This document shows positions 32,955 to 38,149 of a stretch of 38,149 bases of DNA, piece by piece (the stretch's first letter is position 1; each line of letters starts with the position of its first letter). The DNA comes from Octopus bimaculoides (Eukaryota): NCBI RefSeq assembly GCF_001194135.2, contig NC_068997.1:31090423-31128571 (forward strand). Direction: 5' to 3'. A program made the position numbers and the translations under genes. The notes under the pieces were generated by a model that had not been told where the DNA came from, ran no database searches, and was given only the letters and a program-made list of their open reading frames with translations.

Positions 32955-34460
32955 TATTTCATTTCATTTGATTAGCCATGAAGGCTGTGCATTGAGTAGC
33001 AGAAGCTAGGGCTAGGCAAAGACATTAATGAAAATATAGGATGACACAGATGAAAAATGAGAGGGGCGCCAGCGCCCACAGGCTGGCAGCCCCTCGAAAA
33101 CATTGTTTCAATACAAATCATTTACAAAATCAGTTATGCAATAAAGATCAAATTCATTAAAAAAGTTAGTCATAACTAATCCGCCCCGCCACAACCCTTA
33201 AGCAAACGACTTGCTGCCTGCAGACAAGTCCGCATGGACAAGTCGGAGTCCGTGGTGAGGCAGATAAAATCCTCCATGTCAAAGGTGGCTATAATCCTTG
33301 ACAGAATGCTAATAGTTACGACCTCCACAGCCACCTGCAGAGGCCATGTTGAATAGGTCGTGCAAGCCGAGAAAGATCTTTCCTGGCCGCACTCCCTGTC
33401 CAAAAAATTTTCTATCGTCCCTCCCTCGAGGTACAAGAGGACAAACTCCTCGAGAGAGAGAGGAGGGGCCTCACGCTGCTCTGTCAGCGGCAAAATTCCC
33501 GCTGACAGAGTCTCCCTCTCTGGTGGCACAAGTCCCACCGGAGGGTTCATGGGTTCGGTCGGCAGCACAGTAATGTCCACCGACCGTCTCCCATTTCTTT
33601 TTTTCATTTTCTTTTTTTTACAGGTTTCGGGGATTGGGGCCTCCCTCGGCACACCCGAGGGGTCCTCCTCCTCTCCCGAAACCTGCATTTCATCTGGTGA
33701 GCAACCGTTGTTGTTCCCCTTTCTTTTTCTTTTCGTGGAGGCTGCCGCCTCCACGACTTCCTCCATCTCCCCCGCCAATGGGGCGGGGTGGAGGGCACAC
33801 TTTTTCTCCCCTGCTCCTGGGCCTCACCTTGGCCCCGAGGCAGTTGTTTTTAATATGGANNNNNNNNNNNNNNNNNNNNNNNNNNNNNNNNNNNNNNNNN
33901 NNNNNNNNNNNNNNNNNNNNNNNNNNNNNNNNNNNNNNNNNNNNNNNNNNNNNNNNNNNNNNNNNNNNNNNNNNNNNNNNNNNNNNNNNNNNNNNNNNNN
34001 NNNNNNNNNNNNNNGGGGGGGGGGAGCGTCCCTCAAGCATCAGCGAGTACCTGGACCCGGCCATCTTCAAGAAGTCAGGGAATTTCCTCTCTGCTGCGGC
34101 TACCGGGGTCCATAGGATTAAATTTGCTTTAACCCCCTCCCAGTTCACCGCAGCAGTCAAATTAACATTTAAAAGCCTGGGCCCACTGTCCCCCAAGACC
34201 TACCGGATGGCATCAGCACTCCATCCGGCCTCGGTGCCTGGGGGAAGACCACATACCCAGGCCTTTACAATCTTCTTCCCGCAATAAGATGGGAGGAACA
34301 AAATTTCCTCCCCGCTGCAGGTGCTGACTGGCCACAATAGCAGCCTCTTCAGGGGAGTCAAACAGCAACCACACCGCCTGGTTATAAAGTACTTTCTACT
34401 TTGCCAAACAACATGCCAAACAACATGCCAGTTCTACCTTGCAAACAACATGCCAGTAAG
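32955..34460 (-). mobile_element. ORF1-only non-LTR retroelement, copy C, inserted in the SINE head (gap 33860-34014)
   Basis: LFDSPEEAA..FLPSYCGKKIVKAWVCGLPP..LMLEGRSP[gap]HIKNNC; stop at 33176; 3' UTR with GC hairpin and AATAAAGAA. Flanks aagcaagcttctt (32942-32954) and aagcatgcttctt (34461-34473). Confidence 0.8.
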
Positions 34461-34495
34461 AAGCATGCTTCTTACCACACAGCCACGCCTGCACC
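34461..34495 (-). mobile_element. tRNA-like 5' head of the SINE at 32590-32954
   Basis: Minus strand ggtgcaggcgtggctgtgtggtaagaagc (A box tggctgtgtgg) continues directly into gcttgctt at 32949 once copy C is removed. Confidence 0.8.
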
Positions 34496-34590
34496 ATACA
34501 TACATACATACATACATACATACATACATACATACATACATACATACATACATGCGTACATGCGTGCGTACGTACGTACGTACATACAAA
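34496..34590. repeat. (TACA)n/(TACG)n microsatellite
   Basis: Direct reading. Confidence 0.95.
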
Positions 34591-34835
34591 TACCGATTTA
34601 GAATCCATACTACAGTATGACAATTACGGTGCTTCGTTCATTCACACTGTAGTTTCAATTCTAGTCATATGATCTATTCTCTAAAAGGAAAAATATATTA
34701 AGATTTGTGACGGTGTTTCGGAGCGCAGTTGTACCATAGCACAATGATATTACAGATTATCTTTGATTCCATTCCATAACTACTACAATTATATTAAACT
34801 TTAAATCTTTCAACAATTTAAAAATACTTTTTATA

Positions 34836-36103
34836 GTGGGTTGTCCAGCGAGTTCCTGCCGATTTTTAATCCTTCATGTTCCAACACATTAGAACATGTC
34901 AAATTTAACGAAACACATAATAAATATGCATTTCCGGTTAGCGCATACTTCAAGATATCTCTTGAGAAATAAAGTTTAAAATGACTTAATTCGTGTCAAT
35001 TTTGCATCCCTATAAAATGGAATGTTATAAGGTGCATTTTGATGCTTTTCCACACCGCAAAGGCAAAAATGCCTCACAAACAACAAAAAAGATATGTACT
35101 GTGCACGATGAATGTGCTTTAGCTGACAGAACTGTACGGACGCGGTTCGCTAAGTTTAGAGTTGGTGATTGTAGCTTTATTGATGAAAAACGCTCAGTCA
35201 GACACCTTATATCAGATGATGACCAAATCAAGACATTGATGGAGAATCACCTGCATTACACAACACAGGAATTAGCAGAAACACTAAATTTATCAAAATC
35301 CACCATCCATCAGTACTTAGGGGTACTTGGGTACTCAAATCGCTCAGATGTTTGGGCACCACATGATCTAAATGAAAAAAACTCTTTTGGATCACATTTC
35401 TAGCTTTGATTTTCTGTATAAACACAGTAATAATACACCATTTTGAATTAAATTGTAACAGGTGATGAGAAATGGATAATTTACAACAATGTTCAGTGAA
35501 AAAGAACCTAAGGTGAGTGACACGAGCCACCTTTTGCCCTCTCAAAAGCAGGTCTTCATCCTAAGAAAGTCATGCTCTGCATCTGATGGGATTGGAAAGG
35601 AATCCTGTACTATAAACTTCTGCCAAGTAACATTCAATTAATACTAAGACGCACTGCTCGCCACTGGACGATTTAAAGAAAACTGTCCAGAACTGGCGAA
35701 CAGGAAATGTGTTGTTTTCCTTCAGGATAATGCCAGACCTCACGTTTCTTGGTGACCCGTCAAAAATTGTTACAGCTTAGCTGTGATGTGTTACCCCCCC
35801 CCCCCAGCTATATTCACCAGACATTGCTCCTTCGGATTTCTATTTATTCAAGTCTTTGCAAAATAATCTCAATAATCTTAATTCTTTGGTGGTGGTGGGA
35901 CATAAAAAAACCCATCTTAATGACTTCTTTGCCAAGAAACCGCCGAAATTCTGGGAAGACGGAATCTTAAAGGTGAAAGAAAAATGGAGAAAAGTTGTGA
36001 AACAAAATGGTTCATGTTTAGTTGAATAAATATTTAATGGCAAAATTTTGTTTTGTCTTTTAATTTCCCTTAAAAATCGGTATGAACTTTCCGGACAATC
36101 CAT
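34836..36103 (+). mobile_element. Mariner (DD34D) DNA transposon, about 1.27 kb, decayed
   Basis: TIRs gtgggttgtccagcgagttcctgccgatttttaa and ttaaaaatcggtatgaactttccggacaatccat; TA at 34834-34835. Transposase motifs FRKGKNASQ, VWAPHDL (WVPHEL), IVTGDEKW, HPKKVMLCI*WD, LQDNARPH, YSPDIAPSDFYLF. Confidence 0.95.
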
Positions 36104-36554
36104 AAGCGCAGTCACCAGGGGAAAGTGAAGAACGGTAAACCAGTATTCTTCCAAGAACAATATCGTGTAGTTTTTCAATGAAGTTTTCACTTTCTTACAT
36201 GAAGACAAAAATAGTAGAAAATAACTCCTAAAGAAGAAAAGGTGACGATTCTATAAGGAAGAATATTATTGTTTCAAAGACTATTCAGTATTTCCTAAGA
36301 GAACTTTACACCATCCAAGAAACAAGTGTTTTAGAAAAAACTGAAATGAAGAGAAATCATGTATTTTACAGATTTCTTTAACCTCTCAGCAATCTTTAGT
36401 TTAAAATAACCAGGGAATATCCATGGATACAGCTGGTGATTTATATTAACCTTCTGAGAATCTTGCCGTTTGCTTTTGAGGTGTTTTAATCCAAATTTCC
36501 AACTAACTTTTCTTTATGTTGTAATAGTCTCTTTCTGTATTTTCTTTATTATTA

Positions 36555-37590
36555 CTAGCAGAAAATGCACCCTCCAGGCCGTTTTCTGCTGAAATATGTG
36601 TTGCGCATATTGATTCATATATACATATAGCTATGATAAATTAACTATAGAGTAAGTTAACAATATGCACATGAATTAAACAAAGATTGTTATCGTTTAT
36701 TCGGTGATCAGTAAAATAACCCATGATACATTTAATGATAATGAAAACTTGAAAAGTGTTGAGACTGTCAAAGAAAATGTTCATCAATCTTCACTTGAGT
36801 GAATTTGAAAATAGATGCTCTGGTGGGATTTAATGAATTACTGTTACCAATATGAAGAGTTGAGCTTTGCTATATTGTTGTTATATTATATTCACTTATA
36901 AACTTCTTAAGTTTTTCTCGTCTCCCTTTCCTAGTAATTAAAAAGAAACTTAAATACATTTCAATTAAAAGAGAGTAATGAATGTTTCACATTGCTGTAG
37001 AATTTCTTTGTAGATACAATTGTCAGCAAAGAGATCTTTTTCAGTTATCTGGGTAAATATTTTTATATTTTCTTTTCTTGACGCTCTTGATAATGCAGCA
37101 TACGTCTGACCATGTACGAAGAATAGTGTTGGTAGATATGCACCTATCTTTTCAAATGTCTGCCCTTGTGCTTTGTTGCATGTAAGGGCAAAAGCTGGTT
37201 TGACAGGAAATTGCTTCCGAGTAAAGAAGAAAGGGAACTCAAGCTCTTGAGATATGTGAGTTATCCTTGAGATAAGCAGCATTGGACCCCAAAGTCACTT
37301 CAACTTCAGTCACATAGTGCGTACCATTGCAATGTCCGTTTAGAGGATCCATATTTCTTAGAAGCAGGATGTAAATGTATTTCTTCAGTTTAGGAATGTG
37401 TGTTGGGAAGACTGATGGCGTACGTTTGTCGAGTGGATATTGCAGTTCATTATCTACAGTATAAGAGCTTTGGGGACTCTTTTATCACTAGGGAACTTGT
37501 TGAACATGAATTTATTGACCTGTCTATTGCTTTATTTGCTGGAGTGATAATGGCTCTATTTGCAAACCATAGTAGATTTGATTAGTTTCC
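36555..37590 (-). mobile_element. Helitron 3' end with Pif1 helicase motifs IV-VI
   Basis: WFANRAIITPANKA, LLLRNMDPLNGHCNGT, FTRKQFPVKPAFALTCNKAQGQT..FVHGQTYAALSR; minus-strand CTAG|T terminus at 36555. Confidence 0.92.
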
Positions 37591-37633
37591 TTGAAGATTT
37601 GTATATACAAAAAATTCACAATTCCTCTGTCAA

Positions 37634-37824
37634 ATGAACTTTGTCTCGAATATTGTGATCTGTCTGAATTTTATGATTTTCATCATCATCATCATTATCA
37701 TCGTTTAAAACGAACGCTAAACGATGATGATGAGGATGTTGAGGAGGATGATGGTGACGACGACGATCAGGATGATGAAAATTACACAATCCGGACAGAT
37801 CACCATATTCAAGACAAATTTCAT
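37634..37824. repeat. Fold-back (MITE-like) inverted repeat with (CAT)n/(GAT)n inner arms
   Basis: atgaactttgtctcgaatattgtgatctgtctgaattttatgattttcatcatc versus the reverse complement of the right arm, atgaaatttgtcttgaatatggtgatctgtccggattgtgtaattttcatcatc. Confidence 0.8.
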
Positions 37825-38149
37825 ACATACACCCATTCACACATACCTCACATACCTCCCATACATCTAACACACACACCTCCCACACACCTTACATATA
37901 TACCGCCCACACACATGACAAACATACATGCGCGCCCTCACATACACATATAGACAAACGCACATATATACACAAACACACACGCACAGTGGTAGAGACG
38001 CACACCTTACACAACCCTATACACACACAGACACACACACACACCCATATATACGTGCACGCCTACATACACGTACATACACAGCCGTATACACTTGCAC
38101 ACACACACACAGGAGTGCACACACAAAATGACACACATACCTGGCACAC
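37825..38149. repeat. Degenerate (CA)n/(CATA)n tract
   Basis: Direct reading. Confidence 0.9.

Noticed and set aside
17561-38149. Additional upstream TRPM exons
   Set aside because: No segment with TRPM-like translation and splice sites was recognised. They may lie outside the window or in gaps, and very short exons could have been missed by eye.

Overview
Eukaryotic, AT-rich, microsatellite-dense animal DNA with six N-gaps. The SINE families and repeat content look like an Octopus (coleoid cephalopod) genome; this is inferred from recalled repeat consensus, not a database hit. One host gene is visible: four minus-strand coding exons (17560-17413, 9646-9537, 5146-5070, 3743-3559) splice in frame into the N-terminal SLOG/MHR region of a TRPM-family cation channel. 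Everything else lies in its introns or upstream region and is mostly transposon debris: RTE, CR1/L2 and R4/Dong LINEs, Penelope-like elements, tRNA-derived SINEs, Gypsy pol, Helitrons, a mariner and a long-spacer (about DD80E, Sailor-like) Tc1/IS630 transposase. Main observations: (1) a family of 1.5-1.6 kb retroelements that encode only an ORF1/Gag-like protein and no RT; two copies are bounded by target-site duplications, three carry a 3' stem-loop, and one pair sits head-to-tail at the same 16-bp target; (2) a minimal type I hammerhead ribozyme at 27243-27318 (minus), next to a palindromic Penelope-like locus; (3) two highly similar non-autonomous Helitrons inverted within one TRPM intron; (4) a CR1/L2-like LINE whose 3' tail matches the tail of the local SINE family.
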